Shown: positions 1 to 14,723 of the stretch, one piece after another
Position numbering within the stretch: position 1 is the stretch's first letter
Layout of the letters: each line of letters begins with the position of its first letter
NCBI GenBank assembly: GCA_022605425.2
Contig: JAKIMF020000004.1
Location: 744,001-808,000, forward strand
DNA: 64,000 bases
Direction: 5' to 3'
DNA from: Hamiltosporidium tvaerminnensis FI-OER-3-3
Lineage: Eukaryota > Fungi > Microsporidia
Translations under genes and position numbers: made by a program
Notes under the pieces: generated by a model
What the model was told of the DNA's origin: nothing
Seen by the model: only the letters and a program-made list of their open reading frames with translations
The model's database searches: none

Positions 1-1745
1 TGATCTTAAGCTCCTTGCCAAAGATGGAACAACGCTTGAAAAGATGACGGAGGAGGTAAAAATGTTTATGAAAAATATAGGATTAGAAATAAACAGAGAG
101 AAGTCGGCCACGAATGATTCGTGTTGTGAGAATACTGCTACTCTTCTTGAAGGAATAGGTGTTTACAAATACCTCGGAATAATAGAAGATAGCAGAGGAA
201 TTCCAACACGTAAATCGTTTGAGGAAGTACAAACCAAACTGATAGCGAGGGTAGAGAGACTTTGCCGCACGAGATTGAATGCAAGAAATTTATTTCAAGC
301 TATCAATCAACATGCGATATCTCTAATAAACTATCATATAGGTGTACTTCGACTTGAACCTGGCGACTTCTCAAAGTTGGATGACGCAGTACGTGCAGTT
401 TTAGTAAAGAACAAGATACATCTTCGCCCAGGATGTAAAGAGCGCCTGTACCTTCCCAGAACAGAACTTGGGAGAGGTCTTCATAGTGTTGAGTTCAAAA
501 GCGAACATATGCTTTTGCAACTCTTGGATATTCTGGAAAAATCTAAAGAAACATCGACCAGAAGAGCAGCAATCCTTAAGGTGGAGAATGATAATAAAAC
601 CCATCTTGCACTTTTAAAGACTTTTTACAAGTAAAATACGGGATGGCAGAGGAGGTCACTAAAAATAAATTAGATGAAGCTCAACTAGCTAACTTATATA
701 ACGAAATAGAAAAACGAAAAATACATTCAAAGTTATATAATGCTAGAAACAACGAGCTAGTAAGTGTAAATGACTCCTCAAGATGGTTAAAGAAAGGAAG
801 TGTAAGACCGCGTGATGAAGCAGTGTTCTGCTATATCCAGGATAGAAACGTATTTTGGGGAGCAGAAGGTGTGTGTCAACACTGCAACACGTCTAGAAAA
901 ACAGTAGACCATTTAGCAACGAGATGTGAAAAAATGCTTGGTCATGACTATACTAGACGACTCAATGAAGTGGTACGATGTATACATTTGCTCTTGTTAA
1001 ATAAATATAAATTCAAGTCCTCAAAACGAATCAGAAGCCACTCAGTTCATGAAATTCTTGATAATGAGTATGCAGAGATAAGAGTGGACACCAGAATAAA
1101 AACTGATGTCAAAATTCGAAATAACAGACCCGAAATATAAATTTTAGATAAGAAGAAGAATAAGATTACCCTCATTGAAGTAGGAATCACCTCCCAAGAC
1201 TCACTTCAAATAGTTGAAACAGAGAAACTTAGGAAGTATGACCTATTAGCAAATGATCTGGGTCTTATTTACAAGTGTAGTGTTGAGATAATCCCTTATG
1301 TGATAACATGGGACGGTATTGTGACAAAATACCATAAGACTTATCTTAAAAGATTACAAATACCCATAAATGTAGAGGCATACATTCAGTAGTACTTAAG
1401 AAAACAGTCGAAATGATTTCCTTCGATCGACGAAGAGGAATTGAGTCAGGACCAAGTGCCGAAGAGAGCTGGGAGAGAGCGTCATTAAGTGTTATTATAG
1501 GAGCTGAGATGCATAAACAGCCAACATCCCCCTTAAAAGAAGTGAAGAACGAGGAAGATAGTGTTAAACAAGTAAATTCAAAAAATATTTTACCCCTTAT
1601 TTTAGATGACGTAACCAGACCAAAGGAACCGACGATAGACATTAATGATAAGTCGGATGTAGAAAAAGAGAATAAAGTGGTTAAAGTGATGGAAGAAATT
1701 AGTTAAACGAGAGAAAATTTGTTAACCCAGAATTTTATTAAATAA
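1..1745 (+). mobile_element. RLE-type (R4/Dong-like) non-LTR retrotransposon, 3' part, disrupted; 5' part lies outside the window
   Basis: ORF pieces 44-634, 643-1140 and 1413-1706 encode the RT C-terminus (YKYLG; RLYLPRTELGRGL), a CCHC knuckle (CQHC..TVDHLATRC), R(L)NEVV and an RLE region (NRPEI*, LIEVG, EKLRKY). There is a frameshift near 630 and a stop at 1138-1140. It ends in AACCCAGAATTTTATTAAATAAA, the same 3' end as the copy at 37607-41415. Confidence 0.93.
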
Positions 1746-4700
1746 ATAATTCTTTCTTACATGTTAAGGTTTATGATAAAACTAATATTTGAAAGGAAAT
1801 TTTTAAATGTTATAGTTTTGATTTGGCTTCTCGGGAATTTTATGATAAATAACGAAATGGTTATATTAAGTCGTCGAAATCCAAATTTAGGTCGCCAAAT
1901 ATGTTTTTATGATAGTCTCGCAACCAGAAACGACTTATTGCCTGGAAGTTTTATATCGTTTTATTTTCTCTAGAACAATTGGATTTTACTCTGTATATGA
2001 TACGTAAATGTCATAGATTTAATTGTATAAACGGTGTATATTGTTTCTGTAAATTATGAATTAAACAATTTAATACAGTAATTCGGATTTTACTTCTTCA
2101 AGTCATTAAGATATATAATTTGCACAAAAATCATAACGGAGTTATATTTATGTTTTGTGTTTATTGTAAAAAATCAAGTTTTTAACATATATTAAAGTAA
2201 AATTAATTATATTTTTTGAGTATCTACCAATTAAAATAACTTACTGTGGTTTCTTTACTCTCTGCAAATGAAATAAAAAAACTTTCGAATTATAATTTGG
2301 TTTAGAATCAATAGCGATCTACTTCTTTAACATTCATTGATAGAATTAAAAAAAAAATTAAGATTACATTTTTGGAAACTAAAAATACATTTATTTTACA
2401 ACGAATGTGGTTGTAACTTTAATTAAAAAATTTTATATTCTTCATAAACAGGAAACCTAAGACATGTCTGACATAGAGCAAACTACCTCAATTAAAATTA
2501 AAAATATCTTTAGATTCTAAATCCAAACTTCGAAAAAAAAATATTTGAATCATATATACATAAGGCTATTTGAACAAACTTCTTTGCTCGCATCTATTGC
2601 TATTTTGTTCATGTGTTTCGATAACACTATCATAAGAACTCAATCTATGATTTAAAATATAAGATTTCTATTAATTCATCGGACTCAACAGAAAAATCAT
2701 AATGAAAATTGAAACTTGGGGATTAACCCGAATATAAAGATTTTTAAACTATAAATATGTTAGTTTTCATAATTTTTGACAATTATATTGTAAAAAGCCT
2801 AGAAAGAAAAAATATTGAATAAACGCATTTAAATTGTTTAGAAGGCTAAATTTAAGAGCATAGATTTATGAAAAAAAACTATAGCAATCCTCATATCAAC
2901 CAAAGATCGAAAAAAAAGATAATTAATAAAGTAAAAATTTCAGAAACCAATGTTTTATATGTCTAAAACATTTTATACCGTTAAACACTTATTTACTCTG
3001 TTACATTACGACTCTTTAAGAACGCTAAATTTGTCAGCTATAAACTTTCGTAATTGAAGATTAATATAGTCTCATCTTCGTTCATTTAAGGCATAGTAAA
3101 CGAGATTATTTTTTACATCATATCGCCATAAGGTTTCAAACAACCCGAAAAAAGCTGATTTTAGGGTGTCTACAGATGATCCTCCTTTTTATACGTCTGA
3201 TTTATGTTATTTTTTCGAGATTACCTAGGTTCGAGCAGTGGTTATTTAAACTTGATATGCCGCTTAAGATTCTAGTATAAAAATCTAAATTCAAGATTAT
3301 TCATTGTCTCTGCTCACTATTTTGGCTTAGTGCTGGGCTATATGTTCTCAGTAAGATATTTCGTCTATACGCCTAATATGCGCCACATAGGATTCTTCAA
3401 ATCTACGATATTAGCGTATATAAATCGGCCCAATAAAGGCTGTTATATTATTTTCTTATTTTTTAATCGGAAAGGTCGATGACTTTGAATTTGTCGCAAT
3501 TTAAAAATTGTGATACTTCTGCGCCTTTTTATTATTTTATTTACGAACACTTATCGTTATAATTTGCCAGAAAAACTCCTAGATATTGAAAAAAGATGTG
3601 CTTCAAAACGATATCCATATACTTGTTAGCTCATATATAAATTTTTCATTCTTTAGAGTCTCTCTGTGTTTTTCATTACTTCAATTAATGAGAATACTAT
3701 ATTAGGATATTCATCTATGATTTTACAGATATTCGGTCAGTGATTTTCTCCTTATTTTTGATAACGATATTATCCATATGCTCTAACATAGTACTTTGCT
3801 CTTGTAGAGTTTCTAAGAATGATTTGCTATGTTTTTATACCCCATTTTCAACAGCTGAGGTAGAAACCAAAGAACGGCGCATATATTTGTACAATCCACG
3901 ACTCGTTTCAAAATCTTTTGAATCGTTTCTGCTATCAGAATAGTTTTATTGCATAACACAAATATGACTTGCAAATTTATTCGGAAATCTTCGGTTTTGT
4001 TATTTTCATAGAGTAATAGAGCTAAAACTTTTTTTTGCTTACTTATTGACAATTATTTGCCAGTGAACTTTTTGATTATATATATAAATTTGGTGAAAGA
4101 CAATATAAAATAAATCTTTGGTTGATAATTGATTATGTTTTTTCAAACTTCTTAATACTCAAGAAAATTTTTTTGTGTATGACTTTAGAGCTTTGCCGAT
4201 GGCTTGATAATATTTAATAATGAAATGTATAATTTATGTTTGCTGCAAATTTAAGCATATTGATGGTTGAGTTTGGTTTCCATCACTAGCATCTTTTCTG
4301 GCAAACAAAAAATTTTCATAAAAAGACATATTTATTAAAAACTTGCGTATATATATTTCTACTGGATTAAAAAAATAAATTATCTTTATTATTATATCAC
4401 ATCATATCAATGTCAAATCAGTCATGGTAAATCACATAATAAAGTAATATATTATATATGATCCAACTGGCTTGCTTTATGGGGCTAATTTACAACATTG
4501 ATCAACATCAGTCTATAAAATCGAAACAAAGCTTGTTTTCTTTTAATATTGAGGCCGTTTTTTATTCCTATACTTTTAGAATTAGAAAAACGTTTCTTTA
4601 TACGCCCCCTTCCATCTTCGATGTATCGGCGTTCATTAGATAATACCAGTTTGCTTTGTCTTATAGAGAAAAATTAACCGCTTTGTTGTAATATTTTGAT

Positions 4701-5019
4701 TTGTATGATTTATTTTGTTTAGAGTTTTGTTTATATTGTCAAAAACTCAAGATTTTTTCTCACTTTTTGAGAGTTACGGTTAGAAGAGTCCCCAATACAA
4801 TCTACTCATAGATTCGACACTTATTCCGAATATAGCAAATATTTCTTAGAATAGCTTCGTAAGAATATATCTATTCGGTAAACCCTTTCTCGTAATTTTA
4901 ATACTGTACTTAATTATTCTACTCCTCTTTTAATTCTCGGTTTCCAGGATAAACGACTGGAAATTTTCCAATTTCTTCTTTTTATTCGTTGTAACTCGGA
5001 ATAATAGGAAATTAGCCTA

Positions 5020-5125
5020 TATACAATGTGGTTCATATCTCCCCAAAATGTCAACAATGATTTACGCATTTATTTCATATAATCATTGCCAACGAGATAA
5101 TTTTTAGTGGTTATCCTCTCTCTAC
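5020..5125 (-). repeat. Degenerate 5'-end fragment of the ~730-bp structured element
   Basis: TGTGGTT..CAACAATGA..TCATTGCCAA..TTTTTAGTGGTTATCCTCTCTCTAC aligns with the reverse complement of the element's first ~100 nt. Confidence 0.6.
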
Positions 5126-6939
5126 TCCCAATTGTAATATATGCCTAAATTTATTTATTAGTTTATTTAAGGTTTTCCACTTATTTGCAGCATCATGGAT
5201 TTTAGAATTTTCTTAATCGTTCCAAATACGTGTTCCGTTGGTCTTGGCGATTAGAAATAAAAATTTTTCTGATTCCTTGTCTTCTTCATCAATTATTGCT
5301 TGCATGGTTCTCGCTCAGGAAATGCAACTTGTAGTTTATTTCAAACCAACGTTGTCTGCATTTTGTAATTCAAAATTTATTATTTATTTGGTTTTTTTTT
5401 ATTTTGATTTTAACCCTTTTGGTGTAACTTTAAATCGTAAGCTTTCGCTGCTATGTTAAAAAATTTTCAGGGTAATTTATACTTTTTGGATATTTTACAA
5501 GAATTTGCTTTAAGCCTGTCTTTCTTCTTTTTGGCAGTCAAAATATCTTAAATAGTGTCTTTTTTCATGTTAATAGAATACGCTATATTCTTTTGCAACA
5601 TTTCATGATTATAGGATGATAATCTGCTTTGAATTTTATTATTTGTTCGTTGTTACATTTCTTCATTTAATATATATCTTAAATTCACGGTTTAATTATC
5701 TAGTCTATATGGCGTCAGATTATCTAGAGATTTCAAAGTTGAACTATGTATGTCTCTGTAAGGACACATTTACTATAAAAATAATATTTTTGCTGGTAAA
5801 AAGGGTCAATCAGTCAAAATTATTCGTCGTTCGTGTTTTTATTTAAGATTTCTTTTCTAACATTTAGCATTGAGATTTTTTTTCTTTCCCAATATGTATT
5901 CAAGCCCCCTGATACCTTTAAGTAATTTTTCGATTCATCAAAATATTTGTCTAGCAGATAGTGAAAGCTAGCTTCTTCGCATAATTTATTTCTTTAGTTG
6001 CTTTCAAATGCGCAAATTGCCGTAAAATAAAGACTTACTTTTTAATCGTATTCGGATCAGGATTCCACTTATTCCCCTAAAACTCTTAACAGAATGGATT
6101 AGGTTGCCGTCTGGATAAATGCTGTACCTAGCTTAATGAGTGCGTTGTTTCGGCTCTAAAATATTGTGTATATTTGGTGCTGAGCATAGTATTCCTTTCT
6201 AGTGAATGCTTTGTAACGATAAAAAGTCTAGTTCATCTTTCTTGGTTCAAATATCAAAATATGCAGAGTACCTGGCAAATGGGGTGTCGACACAAATAAT
6301 TCTCCATGCTTTGCTTTTTTATTTTTCAACTTATATGTTCGATAATAGTTTCTTCAGGCTTGTATCGACTAAGTTTTGCTAATATTTCATTTAATATTGG
6401 TGTTTTTAAGGTAACGGCTTCTGATCGACACTCAATCCATCTGTTCTCATCCGTGCTCGTAACGGAAATGACATAGTTTCTTTAACCGATACCAACATAT
6501 AATTAACAACATAAATGTTTTTTTATTATTTACAAAACTATGGTTTTTAAGAATATTTCCAGGAATAAATGTATGCGAATGAGTAATAAATTTATTTATG
6601 ATTTAAAATTTCTTACTAAGTCAAATGTTAGAACAAAAAATGTACAGTTTCTTTTCCTTGAGGTTTTTTCGCAGCTTTGCATTTTTTTAACGCATTTGTT
6701 ATGAACGCAGATTGTCGAAAATTTAAATAGATAAGAAAATTTAACTTTTTGTGGTTTTTTTGATAGAAAACGAAAAAAAAAGGCTTTTAAAAGTGAAACA
6801 ATACTGGTCTTAAAATAAAAGGTTTCATTTTTAGATTCGATTTATTAAATCTTAAAATTGAGTCGAAAAATTCACAGTAAGAAAGAAAAAAATATCATTT
6901 CGTAGCTATAAAATTCATAAAAATAAAATTTAGATTCAG

Positions 6940-8135
6940 CTGATTTCAGATGGCTGATTTTCTATATTTCTATTTCCCTTTTTTTCTTCATAATCTATTA
7001 TATTATGCATCAATTTAACAGCAATATTTCGAAATGAACTTCCCAATGGCTCCAAACTGTACCACTCCAAAATAATTTTTGAGATAGTTTCTTCTAAACA
7101 TTTATATAATGAAACGCTATATTACCAGTCAACAACTCTTAGTAATCCGGATGAATCATTAAACTTATAAACATAACCATTTGGCTCCAAATATACATAC
7201 TTAAAAAAAAATTGGCCAGACAATCAGCCATTATACTATCATTTTTATATATTTCACCTAAAACAAATTCTTTTATATTGTTTTTAATTCATTCATGACT
7301 GGTATCGGCGAATTTTCTTCTAAATAATAAATTTTTTTTAACATCATTAGATCGTAATTTGGAATAGTCGTTAAAAATCTTTTTTTTTAACTCTTCGCAC
7401 CTTAAATAACCATTTTCTTTAACACCATTTAGAATTATTGAATTCAATATGTTTTCTTAGCCCAACATTTTCTTCATCGTTTAGTGGTTCGATATGAGTT
7501 TTAGCATATAATAGGCTCGGTAAAATTGATTTGATAAATAAATCGGAATTACACAAAGATTCTACAAGAGAAATAAACAATAATCGATCGTTTATCAGTT
7601 CATTTTCAATTCGAAGCATCATTTTGATCAGCGCTGAATCTATTAAATCGCAAAAAAAAAACACTTGGTATGTTATATTGGGTAATTTAGATATCGAATC
7701 GCCAAATATTTCATCATTGTATTTGAATCTTAGGCCCGACCAACTATTCTCAAAGTTTAATTCACAATCTTCTTTTATACTTTCATCTAGACCATTATCC
7801 GAATCTAATTTCTCCATGAATTTTTCTTTAACCATCTTTTTTCTTCTATTTTCGATATTTTCATCATCGCAAGAATAAAAATAGTAATATGAAAAATAAA
7901 ATGAAATGGCTTTTTTAATGTAGGTTTTTGGAAAAGACCTTTCATCTTCGGGCAAATTTTCTATTTTAGTTGGCGGATTTGATGTAGAAATAGTGCTTGT
8001 AATATAGAACGTACAATAAAAAACCGGTGTCATCATTCTCGCTGTTATAAATTTACTAGGAAAGACTGGATGGCTCCAACTAGAAACCTTTTTAAGTTGC
8101 AACAAAAGATCTAAAACTAATAAAATTATTCGCAT
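6940..8135 (-). pseudogene. Frameshifted member of the secreted-protein family (paralogue of 31778-32923)
   Basis: ORF 8135-7419 has a hydrophobic N-terminus and shares KAISFYFSYYYFYSCDDE..KRRKMVKEK and AKTH motifs with the intact copy. Homology continues in shifted frames past 7419 (CEELKK, PNYDL, SPIPV). The 3' boundary is approximate. Confidence 0.8.
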
Positions 8136-9895
8136 GGATAAGAAATTTTAATAATTTAAAAAATCAAATATTTTTCAAAACCTTTTTTGAAAAATATTTT
8201 CTAAATTTTTTTAATATATCTTAAAATGGTAAATTATATTAAAAAAATTTTGCAAAAATTTTGCATTGTAACTTTCTAAAAATTTAAGAAAGGTAAGTTA
8301 GTCCAGATTAGATCTCATTTAACAAATTTGTTTTCTTGATCAGCTTTTTTTATACAAAAACTATGCTTTATAATAAATTCATTTAGCTATTGAATTTAAT
8401 CATATCAACGGTTTTATATTGAGTCTAGTCAACTATTATGCCTCTTTTATTCCCTTTTTACTCAATAGTTTTATATTTCCAGAAAATATAATATATTTTA
8501 TAAATTTCTAAATATTGTTTTTTTGTGGTATATGCATACCCCAGTAATTTTTTGAGGTCAAATAAAAAAAGAACTCGTATAATTTATAAAAAAAAATCTC
8601 GAAATAATTTAATGAATCTATGAAATTATAGAATAAATTTCGATTTTCTAGTCTTTAGCAGACATTTTTAACAAAAACGAGCTAAAGAATTAAAATGAGG
8701 TTATAAGTTCTCGCAAAAGACCCAGTGCAATTTCTGTCTAACACGTACAATTTATAAAATTTTTTTTTTCGACAAGAACCCTCACTTTCCCATCTAATTG
8801 GAGTCATTTCTCATTTAAATTATACATTTTTACTATTTATACCTCAATTGTGTTTTAACATGATATTTAAACACATAAATATTATTTATATAATTCAGTA
8901 ATGCCCTGACGACGACGACGACTCACCTCTAAATGTTTAATTAGTTAAAAGAATATAAGACACCAATAAGAATGCTCCAATCAAGAAAAGAGTCTTAATA
9001 TTTCTTCATAAAACTTACACAACCAATAATAGTGAGTAAACTGAACATAAAACAATTAAAAAGATCCTATTGGTTCAAAAAATTTTGAAATAAAATTCTT
9101 AAATTTTCTTCTATACTGTATTAATATAGATAGAAAAACAAGACAGATTTGTTTTTTTTAATTTTCCTAAAGTTTTCATTCCTGAAAAAAAATTAAATCA
9201 ATTTGTTCTGATTTCTTTTCTACGAATTTACAGTTGCATAAAAAATTTTATGATACAATTGATGCTTTTCTAGCATTCTTCTGTTTAATATATTTATATT
9301 CTCAATAATAATTGCACAAAACAATTTCACTTGAATAGCTTCGTGGAACTTTTTTATACTTGATCAAAATTAAAGATTTTTAATTAAAATAACTGAGAAT
9401 TTACACAATGAATAAACAAATCCAATATATTATTAAAAATCACAGTTTTTCAAATCAATAAAAAACTTCACAACAATAAATTTTTTCGAGAAAAGAACAG
9501 AATTGAATGAAAATAGGTTGCACGTGAAAAAACTAAATATAAAACGCCGAGCTGAAGTTTTCAAAAATTGAACTTAAATGAAAAAGGAGAAGAGAAATAG
9601 GCTGGTTAATAACGCTTAAGTTTTTGTTTGGTAAATTTCTCAAAACGGGTAATAATTTCTAAATGAGAGACTAAAAAAGGTTTGAAAGAAACCAGGTGAG
9701 GCTATGAAATTTTTATTGAAAAGGTTAAGAAACTAGAGCTGGATAATAGATTTTAAGCTTATTTACGGCATTTTTTTTTTATAAATGTGAAAGAAAGTTT
9801 GTTTCTAGAGCTTAACGTCTAGTATTTCTGTAATTGTATTTAACTAAAAATATGAAAAACACTTCTTTAAAAATGAAAGTACGAACTTTATAAAG

Positions 9896-10610
9896 ATTTC
9901 ATTAAAAAAATCACTAATTTTTAAACCGTTTGCACGCGTTACATTGTTTTTATGGCATCACCATGTTCTACGTCAAACGTAATAAGCTGCTTTCACGTTT
10001 TTTCTATCGATCACCCTAAAATATTCTTATCCGTATTATTCCATCTAAAAAGTAAAATAAATTTAATAAATAGGCAATTCAGTTGCCCGGAGTTCGTTAA
10101 TCTTCTTGCTTAGAGTTGATATTAGTTCAAACTCCACACCCTTCACCAAAGACTACCCCAAATCCAGACTTACTTTATGAATCTATCTAATGACTTCTAG
10201 CTGAGAATATTTCGGCTACTTACATTCGCTCACCTTAGACAGTGCAATGCCATACCAACAGATATAACCCGCTGCTTATCTTTTCTGGCTTTGAAGCGGT
10301 TTTTTTATTTGTTTCCCAGACACTAAGTCTTCTAAGCCGAGTGAACAAGGCTAGATTTCCTAGATATTACATGGAAATTACCTATAAGCTCTGCCGCAGT
10401 CTGCAATCTAGTTACATAACAAACCACAAAGAAAACTGTAGAAAAAACTTCTTTATTTCGTAGACCGTCTCCTCCTCATACAAAATTTCCAATAAAAAAC
10501 CGAAAATGTAGTGTGGTTTTATTCATCAAAAATCCAAACAATGATCCTCACACCAGTTTCACATACTCAATTCCAAACAGAAAGTTTTTATGTGGTTATA
10601 CTCTCTCCAC
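9896..10610 (-). mobile_element. ~730-bp structured non-coding element, divergent subfamily (left arm of an inverted pair)
   Basis: Colinear with the canonical copies and nearly identical to the reverse complement of 11653-12367. Confidence 0.9.
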
Positions 10611-10899
10611 TTTTTTACCATTATATAACGAATTTGTTATAATATTCATATTAAAATAAAATCTTTAAATAAACACACTTTATTTAATATAAAGTTCCAA
10701 TGATTTTAAAAACAATGTACTACTTCGAATTTTAATCAATGATTCTTACTAAAAATCAATTCTTAACTGAACCATACAGCTTAAAGCTATTGTTAAAATT
10801 ATGTTTTGTTTTGAACCTTTTAAATTTGATCATAAATTTTAATTTGTTTTTTATGAATATATGGTTTTGATACAGATTTTTTTGAAATGTTAACACAAT

Positions 10900-11560
10900 A
10901 ATAAGAAAAATTTTGATGTTCTCTAGATATTGAAAGGTAAAAACTGTTTTTATCGGAGTATATTGTACTTCTCAAAGAAATAGAACTACAAATAGCTTTT
11001 TTAAACTACTCAACATTCTATTTACAATAATTTGCATATAGAAATTCTTTGTTTTTCTCCAAATAGCTCCAAAAAATATTTTCTGACAACAATAAGATTT
11101 CGAATATACTTTATTTTGCCTAAAACCGTCTCTTATATTTCAAATAGTTCTTCTGGCTACCTATTTTTTCAAACGAATAAAAGCAATTGTTGTTTAATTA
11201 GCAATCTCAAGTGTTTAATAAAGTCTGCTGTAATTTCATCTAAAAAAACATGGATTGCTCTGCTGGCATCATATGGGAATTCAAATTTTTATCCCTAAAT
11301 GATATAAATTTTACATCGGTTTCCCTTTTGGGGTTTCAATTATATTGAAAAAATATTCGGAATATTTCTTGTGCCAAACGGAAAAGCGGAAACAAATCTT
11401 TCCTAAAAAAAGTACTGTTCCATTAAGCGCTCCACTACGAACAGAACATGATTTAATCGAATATTTTTGTCCTGAAGAAAATGCTCCTCTAAGTCAATGT
11501 CGTTTTTTATTTGCAATTTGGAGATTTTGACAAATGTCTTTCAAAGTTAAAATGTATCAT
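10900..11560 (-). pseudogene. Decayed protein-coding-like segment between the inverted elements
   Basis: Minus-strand translation gives protein-like stretches (FEFPYDASRAIHVF, DEITADFIKHLRLLIKQQLL, ETVLGKIKYIRNLIVVRKYFLELFGEK) interrupted by stops. No family recognised. Confidence 0.3.
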
Positions 11561-11652
11561 ATAAATAGAAAATTTATTTACTTTCAACTTGGAAAAATTC
11601 TAAAGCTATTTAATATTTATTTAAATCCTATATATTTTGTAATATTTATGAC

Positions 11653-12367
11653 AGTGAAGAGGTTATAACCACATATAAAACATTCTGTTTGGCAGTGAGT
11701 ATGTAAAATTGATGTAAGGATCATTGTTTGGATTCTTAGTAGTAATAAAACCACACTACGTTTTCGGTTTTTTATTGGAAATTTTGTATGAGGAGGAGAC
11801 GGTCCATGAAATAAGGAAATTTCTTTACAAATTTATTTGTGGTTTTATATAACTAGATTGCAGACTGCGGCAGAGCTTATAGGTAATTTCCATGTAATAT
11901 CTAGGAAATCTAGCCTTGTTCACTCGGCTTAGAAGACTTAGTGTCTGGGAAACAAATAAAAAAACCGCTTCAAAGCCAGAAAAGATAAGCAGCGGGTTAT
12001 ATCTGTTGGTATGGCATTGCACTGTCTAAGGTGAGCGAATGCAAGTAGCCGAAATATTCTTAGCTAGAAGTCATTAGATGGATTCATAAAGTAAGTCTGG
12101 ATTTGGGGTAGTCTTTGGTGAAGAGTGTGGAGTTTGAACTAATATCAACTCCAAGCAAGAAGATTAACGAACTCCGGGCAACTGAATTGCCTATTTATTA
12201 AATTCATTTTACTTTTTAGATGGAATAATACAGATAAGAATATTTTAGGGTGATCGATAGAAAAAACGTGAAAGCAGCTTATTACATTTGACCTAGAACA
12301 TGGTGATGCGATGAAAACAATGTAACGCGTGCCAGTGTTTACAAAGCTGTAATATTTTTAAATAAAG
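11653..12367 (+). mobile_element. ~730-bp structured non-coding element, divergent subfamily (right arm of an inverted pair)
   Basis: Starts AGTGAAGAGGTTATAACCAC and ends TTTTAAATAAAG; colinear with the canonical copies. Confidence 0.9.
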
Positions 12368-13000
12368 CGTTTATAATATTTTAAGAAATTGATTATATAT
12401 TCATTATTTTGATAAAAATATATATTTTTTTTGTTGAAAAAATATTGTTTTCCCTCGGGCCTTTGTCGAAAGGCTAACTTAAATCAATAATCAGATCGGC
12501 CCATTTGAGATTTTTCCATATAATTTCTTTAAATTGTGAGTCTGATTTAGGTATATAAATTATCAATTATGATCTTGAAGGTCTGTCTATTGTTTAGATA
12601 TTTAAATATTTTTTTGTATTTCATTTAAAAAATATTTACTTTTACACAGATAATTGATACTGAAAGTGGAAATAACTCCTCGAGAAAATTTATGAAACTT
12701 CTTGAATTATGTAGACAGAAGATACTTATAAAATTACAGATATTTATGTAAATATTTTTCCTAAAAATATTGTCAAAATACATTTTTATTTTTTTGACTT
12801 TCGCTATGAAAATTTTAACATTTGATTCAAAAAGACTATTAATAAACATTTAAGAAATACCTTTCAATACGTTATATAAAATCTATTGAATACCCGACAC
12901 TCCTAACTTTAATAGAAGTCAATTAGTCCGCAACTTAAAAAGTTTGGCTACTCTCGGTTTAAAAATAATAAAAATACTTCATTATATAAAATCTTAAATA

Positions 13001-13728
13001 GTGGAGGGAGGATAACCACATAAAAAACTTTCTGCTTGGCAATGAGTGTGTGAAACTGGTGTGAGATCATTGTTTGGATTTTTGGTGGGAATAAAACCAC
13101 ACTACATCTTCGGTTGTTCCATGTGAGTTGTTATGAGGAGAAGAGGTCTAAGAAACGGAGAAACTTTTTCTACAAATTTATTTGTAGTTTTTTATGTAAC
13201 CAGATTGCAGACCGCAGCTGAACATGTAGGTAATTGCCATGTAAAAGCATGGAAACCTGTCCTTGTTTACTCGGGTTAGAAGACCTAGAGCTTGGAGATA
13301 TAAAAATAAAACCCATTTAAAGCCGGGAGAGCTAAGTAGCAGGTTGTACCTGTTGGTATGACATTGCACTGTCTAGGTGGACCCCATGTAAATCTCTGAA
13401 ATATATCTTAGCTAGAAGTTTATTGGGTTCAGAAAGTGTAGAGTAAGTGGGAATGCTGCATAGTCTTGGGAGAGCCCAGGGGGGGCTTCGGCCTTCGATC
13501 ACACTCCATGCAACGGACATTAACGAACACCGGGCAACTGCCTCGCCTAGTAATTAGGTTCTACACGCCTGGTAAATGAAAGGCTTTGGGACGTAGGTAT
13601 CGCAGGGGTTACTGATGGAGTTTTGGGGTAGCAGTTATTTATGTTAAACCTAGAACTGCGTTAATGTCATGAAAACAAATATAACACTTGCCACTGTTTT
13701 ATAAAAGATGTGATACTTTTAAATAAAG
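13001..13728 (+). mobile_element. ~730-bp structured non-coding element, full-length canonical copy
   Basis: GTGGAGGGAGGATAACCAC...GATGTGATACTTTTAAATAAAG, flanked by the direct repeat TAAAATCTTAAA (12987-12998 and 13731-13742). Confidence 0.95.
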
Positions 13729-14342
13729 ATTAAAATCTTAAAATAAAACATTGAATTTCAAAACTAAACATTAAAAAATTTTCATTCTAATAAAAACATA
13801 CATCATTAAAGATATGTAATACACCATCAAACATTCAAATTATTCAACAAAACCATAACCAAACTTTATCTAATCTATAAAATATTTTCACAGACACACA
13901 TATACCATAGAAATAATTTTAAATTCAAAAATAATTTTATAAAAAAATTTCAATTTCTAAATATTTCATATTTTTATATAAAAGAAACATCATTCAAATC
14001 TTCTTTATCAAAACAACTTTTTAAATTATAAAACAATAAAAAAAGTCATCAAATTTGTAATATTTTCAATTAAATTACAGAATTACGAAATATTTTTTTC
14101 TATCAAATATTTTTCTATAAATATTTTAATATTTTTTTACGAAAAATTTTTCTATCAAATCCATAAAATATTTTTTCTTTAAAAGTTCTCTTCAAATTAT
14201 TTTAATTTAGAATATTTCTATCAATAATTTATAAAAATTTGTCTGACGTAGAAGTATTCTTTCCATCAAATTTTTTTTTCAAATTAAAGACCATCAATAA
14301 TTCATTTAAATTTTCTTTCAAACTAAAGACCATCACTAAATA

Positions 14343-14482
14343 TTTCCTATAAATTTTTCTTTTTAATCTTCATACTTAGAAGTATTAATTTCCTATAAAT
14401 TTTTCTTTTAAATCTTCATACTTTGAAGTATTAATTTCCTATAAATTTTTCTTTTTAATCTTCATACTTAGAATTATTAATT
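14343..14482. repeat. 46-bp tandem repeat, 3 copies, upstream of tubulin
   Basis: TTTCCTATAAATTTTTCTTTT(T/A)AATCTTCATACTT.GAA.TATTAA recurs at 14343, 14389 and 14435. Confidence 0.85.
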
Positions 14483-14723
14483 CCCCATCGAATTTTCTTT
14501 TAAATTATAAAAGAATTTTAATTCCAATCGAATTCTCCTTTCAAATTTTAATTCCAATCGAATTTTCCTTTCAAATTTCAGATCTCAAAAAAATTTATTC
14601 TCCTTTCAAACTAAAGACTTCATTATTTATTTATTTCTTATAAAAATTTATTTAAATCCTTTTTTCCCTTACCTTAACACCTTTGTTTCATATTTTATAA
14701 TTTTTATTTCTTTACCCTTAAAA

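Noticed and set aside
1900-6500. Possible decayed TE coding remnants
   Set aside because: I could not recover a convincing protein motif by eye.
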